A stretch of DNA of 62,216 bases, the filler included, from Globobulimina sp. (Eukaryota), in the NCBI GenBank assembly GCA_003354225.1. It is 14 parts of 14 records of this genome, joined end to end, with 100 filler letters (N's around TTAATTAATTAA, not from the genome) between each part and the next. Parts side by side here need not be neighbours in the genome. Positions count along the whole stretch, not along the records: positions 35,629 to 39,977 come from PIVH01001324.1; positions 40,078 to 44,426 come from PIVH01001325.1; positions 44,527 to 48,874 come from PIVH01001326.1; 11 more parts are not named here. One strand, 5' to 3'. Both the position numbers and the translations under genes were made by a program. Below, one piece after another: positions 35,629 to 46,611 of this stretch (its first letter is position 1; every line of letters begins with the position of its first letter). The notes below the pieces were generated by a model that saw nothing but the letters and a program-made list of their open reading frames with translations, did not search any database and was not told where the DNA came from.

Positions 35629-38600
35629 TTTTGCACCATTCGCATTTTGATGGTTTGAGTTTCAAATTGACTTCAGCTAATCGTTTGAGTACTTGGTCGA
35701 GTAATTGGCTCATTTTGTCCCAAGTTTCCGCGATGATAACAATATCGTCCAAATAATTGTAGACTCGACGGGGGTCGATATCTTTAATGACAAATTGTAC
35801 CATTCTTTGGAAAGTAGCTGGTCCGTTTGTAACACCAAAGGGTACTCGGGTATATTCGAACATTCCGAGATGACATCTGAAAGCCGTCTTGCACATGCTG
35901 TCGGGATGCATTTTCATTTGGTGGAATCCTTTAGTGAAGTCGAGTTTGCAGAAGTATTTCGGTCGGATTACTCCGATTGCATCCAATAGTTCGTCGATTC
36001 GGGGCAAGGGATATTCGTCTCGACGAGATAATTTGTTGAGAGCTCGAAAATCGACACAAACACGGATTGATCCATCTTTCTTGATGACAGGCACAATTGG
36101 GGAACACCAATCGCTAAAAGAGGGACGAATGATGCCAGCTTGAAGTAGACTTTTGATTTCTTCTTCAACAATGCTGATTAATGCGTGTGGCAAACGTCTC
36201 ATTGGTATTCTTACCGGTTTAGCGTCTCCAGTGTCTATCTCATGTTTGAATAAATCACATTCTCCCAAATCATCGTTGCTAAGGCTGAAGCAGTCATCAT
36301 GGTCAAGTATCCACGTCATGACTTTTTCGGCTAATTCGGGTTCAAGATGGCTGAGATCGGTTTGTTCCTTAAGTTTGGCCAATCTTTCTTCTTGTGTTAG
36401 TGGTTTCAATACTTCTTCCAAGGTTGTTCTCGTTTTATTATAAGCGTTTTCAGCAGTTTCGGCTGCAAAAGCTGTTTGAAGATGTTTCTTTGCAGTATGT
36501 TCTGTCCATTGGCCGGTAACAGCCATGTTGTGAATTTTCAATATTCGACTTTCTGCTGTGTAGTCCTTTTGAGCCCCAGTTAATAATAAGTCGACATTGT
36601 TTTTCAATGTTTCGTCTGTTTGATCGGTCAGATTGTCGGTTTGGGTTGTTTGGCTGACAGAGGGTCCCTTTTCATTTAGTTCCTCATCCGTGGGGATAAG
36701 TACGGTTTGGTATGGTTCAGCTGTGCCAACTTCGGTTCCCTTTGGTAATAAGACCGGCAAATTTGATGGATTTTCCAACATGATCATGCTTTCCCCCTTT
36801 CGATGAATGCGTACTAATGACGTTGGAGAAGCAAGATCTTCATCAGCTAAAGTAGGACTAGGGTCAAAAAGTAAATCCTTACCTCTAGAAATTGGCTGGT
36901 CGAATTGCACTCGGACTCGTTTTGAAGTTTCCGGTTGAATGACCACTTGTCGTCTCAATTTGAAATGAGCCACCAATGCTTTTCTCGGTTGTTTAGGCTT
37001 CGGTTCGGTCGTAAGACCGTCTGGCGGATCGTTTTCTTTTGATGATTCCGGAGTCGCGACTTCAACCATATTAGCTTGACAAGCAGTTGAATACGTTTGT
37101 GCTCGGACTTTTTGTGATTCCACTCCAATTCGAATGATTACATCGGCCATTTTGTCTTTTGGTTTAGGTCGGTCCGTGGAGACTTGTGGAATGCTATAGG
37201 GTTTGCCACTTGTTGGTTCGACAGGGTAGGCGTTATAAGTGACTGGTTCAAGCCATTGTTCTGGGTATTCATTGTATTTCTTTTCCGATTTTTCCGAACA
37301 AATTGGAGTTCTTTCATCTGTTAGTCGGAGTCCAGTTGGATCCTGATCATTAACAGCACTGAACAACTTAGGGTCTTTTCGAAGTTCGTCTATGACGAAA
37401 CGGCTTGCTGGTTCGGGTAATTCTTCAGTAAATTCCACTACATTTTCATTGGGGACGTCCATGTAATCAAAATATTGTCGATCTTGTGGGAGTTTCTTAC
37501 TGATCAATGTTCGGGTGTTCAAATTAACCAGTCCCAATGGCAAGGTGGCAATTCCTGGTTGACCGAGCGTAAGCTCATGTTCACAATTCATATCAACATA
37601 GGCGACCAGTCGGTACGTCCATCCATCATAGACAAGATCAAAGGTAATGACTTCGGTGAGTTTATCCAATTGACTGCTCCATCCGTGTACTTCTACAAGT
37701 TTGGCGAGGGGGTAAACAACACCTTTTGATCCTCTGCGTCTAGCGATATGAGCGACTAACTTTGGTCCGGCAATATTCATAGAAGCGCCGTTGTCGATAA
37801 AGATACGAATATCTTTTTGATAAACAGTTCCCTCGATTGTGTCGACAGGGCCAAGGCACGGCAAGTTTTGAAATCCAGCGTTGAAGTGAATTCTTTTTAC
37901 AGCTTTGTTGAATTTTACTTTTGATTTAGATGCGACCGTAAGGTCGGGGTTTTGAGATTCTGGTTCTTTGGTTGTATTTAATGGAGATTCGTTTTTGTTA
38001 GATAAAATTGATTTTGGTACTTCAACTCCGGAGTTGCTGGGAAGATTGCCGCCTTGTCTCGCTGTCAGCAAATCAGTCGAGACGCGGCTGGAAAAATCCT
38101 GTAATAATTCCCATGTTACCTTTCCATGTATATCGTTCACCAGGTCGTAGAAATTCTTTAAATGGTCGGGTAACACATCTCGATTGACTGCTTCTTGCAT
38201 GCTTTCTTTAGGTGGATCTTCGACAGGATTATTGGTAAGCATTTTTCGTAGTGGGGTTGGGGGTCGAGGCGAAACGGGACGAGATTCAGATTGCAGTTCT
38301 CCATGACGTTGTTTGGCTCTGTCGAATGCTTCCGTCGATCTGGCAAAGTCCGGATTTGGTGGATGACCTTTTAACCAAACGTTCCATTCCTCTCGATTTT
38401 CAATAAATCCGTTCGGTTTGATTACCCCCCCCGGGGTATAAAGGTTTCGCCCAACTCCAGGTTCGGTTCGTACCGGTCGACTGAAAGGCACTAATGCGGG
38501 GGCCGATCTTGGTTCGATTTTTCGTTCCGGACGAGTCGTTGTTTTTGAATCATTTCCAAATAAAACATTCATGTCTGCATCATTAGCTGTTGTTTCTGCT

Positions 38601-39977
38601 TTTGTAGCATCAGCATACATCCGTTGAATGGTAACATTTGGTGGTTGGGACATTAAACGTAAACAAGCTCGGACTCGAGGTTTTAAGCCATTTTTGAAAG
38701 CATTGATTAGTAACGGATTGTTTGCTTCGGCTGCTCGATTAGGCCAACACTTTGTCAACGTTGATTCAAATCGTCGGACATATTCTTGGACTGTATCGTT
38801 CCCTTGTTTTAAGGTGCTGATTTCTTCGATTCTTTCAGCCGGGGTTCTTTGGTCGGCATATCGCAAGATAAGAAGACGTTTGATTCCATCATAATCCTCC
38901 ATATCCTCAGCAGGTTGACTTTGTATGATTGTCAAACATTCGGCTGGGACCTTTGTTGTTAGAAATGCAATTTTTGTGATGTCATCTTCTACATGTAAAT
39001 AAGTGCACATTAATTCGAAAATGGCTAACCATTGTTTGATGTCATCTCGAGTGGGACTGAACTCTTTAACCAATTGACCTGATTTTACCCAAGTCGGTGC
39101 TTGTCCATCATTTTCCCTTAGTCGAGTTAATTGTTGTCCAAAATCGCTTAATGCTGCGGCTAACAGAGTTGCTGGATCAGAACCATATTCAGGCTGATCT
39201 GTTCGAGAGGGGTTTGAGGTGATTCGTGTGGCTGCGGGGGCTGACGTTCGAGATTGCGATCCGCCCGCGGCTCCTCTTCCGGTTGGTCCAGGAGTTCTGT
39301 TTGGTTCAGAACCGTAAGGTCCTCCATAAGGTCCACCGGGAGGTCCATCTCCGCCACCACCAGGTCCACCAGGGGGTCCACCTCCGCCACCACCAGGGGG
39401 TGGTCTTCTGTTGGATGCGACATTTTCCTCGGGACGACATGTTTGTCTGGATACATTTGTTCGTTGTCTCGGGGGTCGCTGAGTCGGTTCATTTCCTTCA
39501 TTTCCGTTCACGACATTTCGTACCGTTTGGCGTCTTTGTTCGGCTGTTGCTATTCCAGAGGCCGGTCTTCGATTGGTTAGCAATTCTTGCTGTTCTCTCA
39601 GTCGTAAGACTGCTTCTTGACGCATTCGGTCTTCATTTTCTCGACGTTGCCATTCCGGTTCATATACCGGTCGGGGTCGAGGCAATGGGTTTCCTCTCGG
39701 TACGATATTTGGTCGATTGTTCTGATTATAATTTTCACCATATGGGACTTGGAGTCCTGCATTCTGTCGTTGCATAATAGGAGTGTCCGGCACACTTGGA
39801 TCCACCCCCGAAGCTCCTTGTCCACGTTGATCTTCCTCGAGTTCGTTTATTCGTTGCTGTTGGGCTTGCATAACTTGATACATATTTTGCATTTGGGTTC
39901 TCATTTGAGTGTATTGCACATCAAGTTGTGGTGATCTTTCTTCAACATTCGTTCGTCGATTAAAATGACCACCTGTC
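35629..39977 (-). mobile_element. Ty3/gypsy LTR-retrotransposon Gag-protease-RT polyprotein (open at both contig ends)
   Basis: Gag LKQGNDTVQEYVRRF and protease IFIDNGAS. RT motifs: HEIDTGDAKP, WCSPIV.V.KKDGS.R.CVDFR.LN, KLDF.KGFHQ, PFG.TN.PATFQR, YLDD and LKLKPSKC. Confidence 0.95.
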
Positions 39978-40077
39978 NNNNNNNNNNNNNNNNNNNNNNN
40001 NNNNNNNNNNNNNNNNNNNNNTTAATTAATTAANNNNNNNNNNNNNNNNNNNNNNNNNNNNNNNNNNNNNNNNNNNN

Positions 40078-40701
40078 ATGTGATAACAACCAAGCAGTAA
40101 CATATCAAGTGGATGAAATTGTGATTCATCCTGAGTTTATATATAATGATTTTTATTCGCAACCACCTCAATTTGATATTGCTGTGGTACGGTTATCGGC
40201 CGTCATTGATGCGCCAAATGGCGTGTCCAATATAACTATGAGTGCGGGTGATCCATGTTGCATGAATTTGAATCCTTTGACAGTCATCGGTTATGGCAAA
40301 ATCAGCCCTTTATCACAGCCATCAGATTTAATCTATGGAATGTCGGCTTGGGTACGACCACCGGCATGTAATCAGGAGGCAGATGTTGACACAAATTATT
40401 ATGATTGGCCATCCATTCTTTGCTTTATGGATTACTTTGATCGGCAGGTGGTGGTTTGTGATGGCGATAATGGTATATTGTATTGCTATGTATTTGTAAA
40501 TGAATAGTAATGTTAATATAAATATTGTACATAGGTGGGCCTGTTGTGGACGCAGCAGCTGGGGCTGGACAATTGGTTGGCATAATATCCTGGGAATGGT
40601 ACGGTTTTATGGGTGTTGTATGTGATGCAAATAAACCACAGGCTGCTGTAAATATAGGTTTTTTATATGATTGGATTGTGGGTCAATTGGAAACGATGTA
40701 A
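40078..40701 (+). CDS. Trypsin-like (S1) serine-protease homologue, 5'-truncated, intron 40473-40534
   Basis: IHPEF, DIAVVRL, VIGYG, spliced CDGDNG|GP, LVGIISW and FYDWI-like C-terminus. Confidence 0.85.
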
Positions 40702-40958
40702 TGAAACATACTGCAAAGCATAATAATGTGTAAAATACACAAATGATTTAATATATCGTCTTGTATAGCATATTTATTTTCAAACAATAATTATTGTGTT
40801 TATATACTGCTTGGACTATATTTGTTTAATTATAACATAAAAATTAAAATAATTTTGAATCAAGCAACGAGAAACAGATGGTTTTCTGTGGTCGGATTTA
40901 CACGGACAAGTAGCAAATGAATTGTATATAACAATGAGGAGAACTGAGCCTTTGTGGC

Positions 40959-42668
40959 TTACTGTTCCCAAATAATCATTCTCGAGATATGCAGTTTCTG
41001 ATTATTTTCGGTAAAATCTGGAAATTGACAATGCGGAATCCATTTATTGCTCCTAATATCATAATATTCAACACATGATAACTGCCTCTCATGTCCGATA
41101 ACTCCGACCATTCCATAATATAATCAATTCATATTTTTTGCAATCCACACACATGCATATTCATCATGTTCATACAATGTTGCATTTATTATACTCCATT
41201 TATTTTTTTCCAAATTAAAACATTGCGCATTTCTGGTCGAACCAAATCCGTTATTCCCGCCAATAATGTACATATTATCACCATTATTATGTATAATATC
41301 ATGACATATATTTGCTTTGGTGCATGATTCCTTCATTAAACCACCTCTTTTATATTCAAACAATACATTACCATTATTATCCTTATCACGCACTGTCAAA
41401 ATTGAACTGGATCGCAAAAATATATCATTTGAACCACCACACATAAGTATCATATCTTTAGTATGATCCATATTCTTTGTATTTGATATTAAACCCATCG
41501 AATATTCACATCTATTCGCTCTCATATTTGCACCATACTTCCATTCTAACTTATTCTTATTATTTAAGTTCAAATATTCAACAGAGTTCAAATATTGTGT
41601 TCCATTTTCAATATCATATTTATATCCACCACAAACCAGTAATTGTTTGGTATTTTGTGCATAAATTAATCCACACCGTGATCGTCCGTTGTTTATTAAT
41701 GGCAATTTGTACCATATTCCAGTGTTTAAATTCAATCCAAAACAATTATATAATATTTCATCATCTTTATTATAGCCATCATAACAAAATAACATGTTAC
41801 AATTATCATTATTATGATTCACAAAATCGTTTTGCGTTTCTGTTATCTGATCAAATGATAATAATATTTCATTTGATATATTATTTGCAATATTAATGGA
41901 TGGACAAAATAACCATTCATTCGGGTACTTATATTTTAAATAACGTCTTGTTTTGTGATTTGTGGATAAGTTATCAATTTCGATCAATTTATTTGAACAT
42001 AATGATAAACAGCAACAACTGTTTAAGTTATCATTATCAATTTTCATATCTTTTTTTTCTTCTTTCATTTCTGGGTTGTGATGAAATGAATTTATATTTA
42101 TAGTATCGGAGAAACATGAAATTATGGAATCTATTTGTTCGGATAAATGTGCCACACGATACGCGATTTTATATCTTAATCGCATTCTAATTTCAAAATT
42201 ATTTCCATTTTCAATCCACTGAATGTTATTTGGTTTTAAATATTCATTGATTTCCAATGTTGGATAACATAAAGTAATGGTATTATCATCCTCACATTGT
42301 TTATTTTTTTGTTCATCATTGGAATGTGAATGTGAGTGTGGCTGAACTTTTTGAATTATGTGAATCTGTCTAAATCCTCCTAATGATATCCAGTTGGTTT
42401 GTTTGTTGTTTTTATTATATTTTATTTCTGTTTCAATTTCATGAAATTGTAATTCTTTACGAATTGTAACAGCTTCATCCGCATGTTTGCATGCTCCATG
42501 ACCATGAGCACAATTTTTGGAATTATCAATTGATTGTTTTGATTGCTTAATAAATATAAATTTAACTAATAAACAGTCATTATTTGATACAATTGAACGT
42601 ATTGTTGGGATTTTAAGGTGTACAGAATGGATACATGTTTCGGTTTCTGTTTCTTGAGATTGTGCCAT
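40959..42668 (-). CDS. Kelch-repeat protein; reading frame continues past an in-frame TGA at 41124-41126
   Basis: Kelch motifs LLVCGG..LNSVEYL..W, MCGG and IIGG..AQCFNLEKNKW. After the TGA there are 54 further codons including SCVEYYDIRSNKW. Confidence 0.8.
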
Positions 42669-42751
42669 GTCTCAAATACTCAAAAATTGCATGACCCAGT
42701 TTGCATTTCTACATAGCAGTAAGATCTTTGTCGTCACACTTTGCCAATTTT

Positions 42752-42870
42752 TGTGCCGTCGCACTTTTTCATTAAATATGTGGCGTCGCAGATTTTTCAT
42801 AAAAATGTGGCGGCACAACCTAGAATGAAAAAGTGCGACGCCGCAAATGTGGCGCCGCAATGTAGGTCAC
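42752..42870. repeat. GC-rich inverted/direct repeat cluster (MITE-like)
   Basis: Perfect 17-bp IR CGTCGCACTTTTTCATT (42757-42773) / AATGAAAAAGTGCGACG (42824-42840), repeated ATGTGGCG, ending in CAATGTAGGTCAC. Confidence 0.65.
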
Positions 42871-42967
42871 GTTTGTACACATCACAACATGTACAGTGTT
42901 ATTAAACTAGTTATGCAAAAAAAATTAAATTACACCCCAATAATTAAAATCAGATAAAAGAAAGAAT

Positions 42968-43423
42968 TTATCCTGGATATGTCCACCAATTAGCAGTACT
43001 TTTTGGATAATGATGAGTAGATTTCCCTTTCTGTATTTTATCTTTTTCAGTTTCTTGCTTTAAGCGTCGTAATTCTTTTGCTTGTAATTCTAATCGTCTT
43101 CGTCTTTGGGATTGTGTGTCTTGTGATGAATCAATTTCTTTTTTATATTTAATTTCATCCGACAATAATAAATTTTTTAATTTTTCTTTTCGAATTTGTA
43201 AATCTAATAATTTCTCTTGTTCTAATTGCAATTTCTTTCTTTCTTCAAATTTATTTGACAGTACTTTTGATGACGATTCTTGCCATGCTGCGATATTTCC
43301 TAAACGACAATCTTGAGATACCACTGTTTTTAATTCCGCTAATTTATTTTCTTCCATTCTACGACGAACAACCACTCGATCACTGCCGCTATAGGCTCCA
43401 CCACCAATTTTCATTATGCTCAA
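42968..43423 (-). CDS. CFAP53-like cilia protein N-terminal region (unusually short)
   Basis: D.VVVRRR.EE, AAW.E and L..RKEKL..LL..DE..Y.KEI....T...RR.RL...A.EL resemble the CFAP53 N-terminus. Confidence 0.55.
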   Translation of the reverse strand: MSIMKIGGGAYSGSDRVVVRRRMEENKLAELKTVVSQDCRLGNIAAWQESSSKVLSNKFEERKKLQLEQEKLLDLQIRKEKLKNLLLSDEIKYKKEIDSSQDTQSQRRRRLELQAKELRRLKQETEKDKIQKGKSTHHYPKSTANWWTYPG

Positions 43424-43585
43424 ATTGTCTTGGTCGGAAATTGAATTGGTACACCAAACTCAACTTTTTTTTATCTTGCCATTATCACAACTTTTTTGAT
43501 GATTTTAAGTAAAAAAAACAAAAAATCCTCTACTTTCCTGCAATAACTACACATTTTTTGTGAACACTAGCATTCAAATTCACAA

Positions 43586-44426
43586 ATGGAACATAAAAAC
43601 AATCCATCAGCACCTCCAGAAGAGGGAGACGATTTTGAATGGGTTGAAAATAGTAATAATAGCATGAAAAATCAAAATACAAACATTCACAGCCAACCGC
43701 AAGGATTTATTCAACCAAACGATATGCCAATACCCGATGCAATTGCTCAACAAATTATATATCAACGGATTATGGCTGAAAAACAAAAAAAGGAAGAAAA
43801 AGACGAAAAAAAAGAAGAAAAAGTAGAATATAAACAACAGCCACAACCTGGCAACGGCCCTAAACCATCATTCATGGCACAAGATATTTCTTACCCAGAA
43901 TCTTCATTATATAAAACTGCTGGTATTGCCGTGTGGAGACCTAAAGAAAACGGAAAAGGTATCCAATTTATGATGGGATTAGAAAAAAAAAACAATTCAT
44001 TGTCTTTCTTTGGTGGACAACGCGACGACAATGATAAATCTTGCGTAGACACTGCCATTCGTGAATTCCATGAGGAAACTGGCAAAAAATTGGATGATGA
44101 GACATTATCACAGGTATATAATCCACAAAAAAAATGACAATATGCGAATTTGCGTACAAAACCAGTAAAAAAACAAACAGTTTCGCAGTGTGTTGATGCG
44201 AGATGTCGATCGCTGTGTGTTCTGGAAACAAGAATGGAAATCAGTTTTATTTTATTACCAAATGTCATATGATTATAACATTGTTTCTGATTACAAAAAG
44301 CCAGGGGTGTGATAATCTGTCCAATATCCGAAATGGATAATAACAAGCTAACAAAACACCATAACGGGTAGACACCCCACCATCCGGAGATCCCATGGCA
44401 GGTTTGACCAGGCGTTTTTTGTACCG
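43586..44426 (+). CDS. Nudix hydrolase, intron ~44114-44180; 3' end unclear
   Basis: AGIAVWR..FMMG, and Nudix box GGQRDDNDKSCVDTAIREFHEETG. Confidence 0.85.
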
Positions 44427-44526
44427 NNNNNNNNNNNNNNNNNNNNNNNNNNNNNNNNNNNNNNNNNNNNTTAATTAATTAANNNNNNNNNNNNNNNNNN
44501 NNNNNNNNNNNNNNNNNNNNNNNNNN

Positions 44527-45021
44527 CCTTTAGATAGAGGACAAATGCTATCATTGATACTTTATTGTGGGTATAGTTGCAATTATGATTTGTGTAAAAG
44601 TCAAAGAAACGGGAACTATAAAAAATGGAAATGGTTTGATTGTATATTATATAAAGCAATATTTTGTCTGTCATCGTCAGAATGTGGAGCATTTTCAGTT
44701 TATAGTGGATTAAATAATGTCCAATTGGATAAATCACAAATTGAATGCGGTTACTTTTCAACATACGTCTCAACATCGTGGAAGAAAGAGATTGCAAAAT
44801 CATTTACGAGTGGTAAAGGAATGATTATTGAGATTGGTGAATCGTTTAAAAATGCATATCGTATAAAATGTTGTGATGTGTCTTGGATATCAAAATTTAA
44901 AAATGAATGTGAAATATTATTCGCCAGACATGAAGGTAATTATTCATTTAATAATGCATTCAAATGTGTCGTGTTGGATAATTGTAAAGGCATTCAAACT
45001 GTGGCTTTAACAATTCCATGA
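44527..45021 (+). CDS. ADP-ribosyltransferase-like (R-S-E type) C-terminal domain, 5'-truncated
   Basis: VYSGL / YVSTSW....A..F / GMIIEI / DVSWISKF.NECEILFAR follows the strand order of ARTC toxins. Confidence 0.7.
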   Translation, partial: PLDRGQMLSLILYCGYSCNYDLCKSQRNGNYKKWKWFDCILYKAIFCLSSSECGAFSVYSGLNNVQLDKSQIECGYFSTYVSTSWKKEIAKSFTSGKGMIIEIGESFKNAYRIKCCDVSWISKFKNECEILFARHEGNYSFNNAFKCVVLDNCKGIQTVALTIP

Positions 45022-45593
45022 CTAGACTAGCTTGCTTTGCTTTGTTTTGTTTTGTTTTGTTGTTTATTGTCTAGTTTCGTTGTTTCGTCTCCTTTATGTT
45101 ATTTTTTTGTTTGAAGAAGTGGTTATTGGAAATTAATATTTGTTTGCAAGGCTCTTGTCTTTTGTTGAGATATATCTACAATTGTAATACATTATGTAAC
45201 TGACTGGCTTTGGACCCATTGTTAAAATGTTTTTAGATTGTTTCTTGATCTTTAACTTAAAAAAACTTCTTCCACTTCCACTTCCTAACAACTTCCTAAC
45301 GAACTAGAAAACCACAGAGAACATTACACTTTTACAATACAGATAAGATTATCATGAACATTTAATAACTTTAATTTTCCATTCATGTTTACCAATTGAT
45401 ACCTTTCAATGCCATATGAGGTTCTCCAAGCTTTACCTTGTTCAACTTTAGAAAGCACAGAACCATGTATGTTACATCCAGTTCCTGCTCTAAACCACGA
45501 CGACATGTTTTTATTTAAGCTGTACATGTTTTTAATCTAAGTTGTATACAAATTAACATTAAAGTGCTCTTGTCATATTTTTCTAACATACAT

Positions 45594-46394
45594 ATGGGTG
45601 AAGTATGGTCACACACAACCAATAAAATATTTGATTACGGTAAGTCGTCAAATAAAAATCAGCAATATAAACCATCACAAGAACTGACTCGAAATGAGAT
45701 TCCTGAAATTCTTAAATCAGTTTCTGTATTTTCTGATTTGACGATTGATGAAATAAAACAGTTGATATCTTGTATGAGATATAGAACCTATAAATACGGC
45801 GAACAGATTATCAAACAAGGCGATGATGGAAATGAATTTTATTTAATATGTCGCGGTTTTGTCAAAGTATTAATTAAAGACATACACAATGAAGGGAAAC
45901 AAATGCAAGTCGCTACATTGAAAACAGGAGATACATTCGGCGAAACCAGTTTACTTTCAAATAAACCCCGAAATGCGACCATTAAATGTATTCAAGATAC
46001 AAAAATATTATATTGTGATAAATATACATTTTTATGCACCACAAATAAAAACAAAAATAAACTTTTTAATATGAACCCAGTCATTGATAATGTTGAAGGA
46101 AAAGAAGAGAAAAATAATGTGAATCCAGATCCGGAATTGTTGCAAATATTAAATGAATATGGTTTATCGCGATGGAGTTCTCCGTTAATAAATAAATTGG
46201 GTGTTGAGCGTGTAAATGATTTAAAATATTGTTCAAGTCAAGATTTCCAAAGCATTGGATGCAAAATTGTTCAAATAAAAAAATTACAACGAATTATTCA
46301 AATATATATTTATGAAAAAAATAATCAAAATGAAATTCATAACTATGTGACACCTGTTCGAAAGAGCGAGGATCAATGCACTTCTTTCATTTGA
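45594..46394 (+). CDS. Cyclic-nucleotide-binding domain + SAM domain protein
   Basis: IIKQGDDGNEFYLI..G.V, GDTFGETSLL...PRNATI, and a SAM-like LNEYGLSRW...LGVE...DL....DFQSIG...Q.KKL. Confidence 0.85.
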   Translation: MGEVWSHTTNKIFDYGKSSNKNQQYKPSQELTRNEIPEILKSVSVFSDLTIDEIKQLISCMRYRTYKYGEQIIKQGDDGNEFYLICRGFVKVLIKDIHNEGKQMQVATLKTGDTFGETSLLSNKPRNATIKCIQDTKILYCDKYTFLCTTNKNKNKLFNMNPVIDNVEGKEEKNNVNPDPELLQILNEYGLSRWSSPLINKLGVERVNDLKYCSSQDFQSIGCKIVQIKKLQRIIQIYIYEKNNQNEIHNYVTPVRKSEDQCTSFI

Positions 46395-46611
46395 TATAGT
46401 TTTTGTTACAGTCCGTTTGAGTTTGAAAATTAAATGGAAAAAGTTGATGGAAATATTCGGTAGTACTTTGAACAGAGTGTAACTGAGTGTTTCAAAAACG
46501 ATCGAAATGTTTTGAATTCAAACTGTAATTTTAAAGTAGATAGGTGAACAGGAAAAATATTTATGTATAATTTTGATACACACAGTCAAGTAATTTTTGT
46601 ATGTTATAAAA

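Noticed and set aside
39160..39934. Overlapping alternative-frame ORFs in the gypsy Gag region and other short antisense ORFs
   Set aside because: They are shadows of GC-rich or low-complexity coding sequence with no recognisable motifs.
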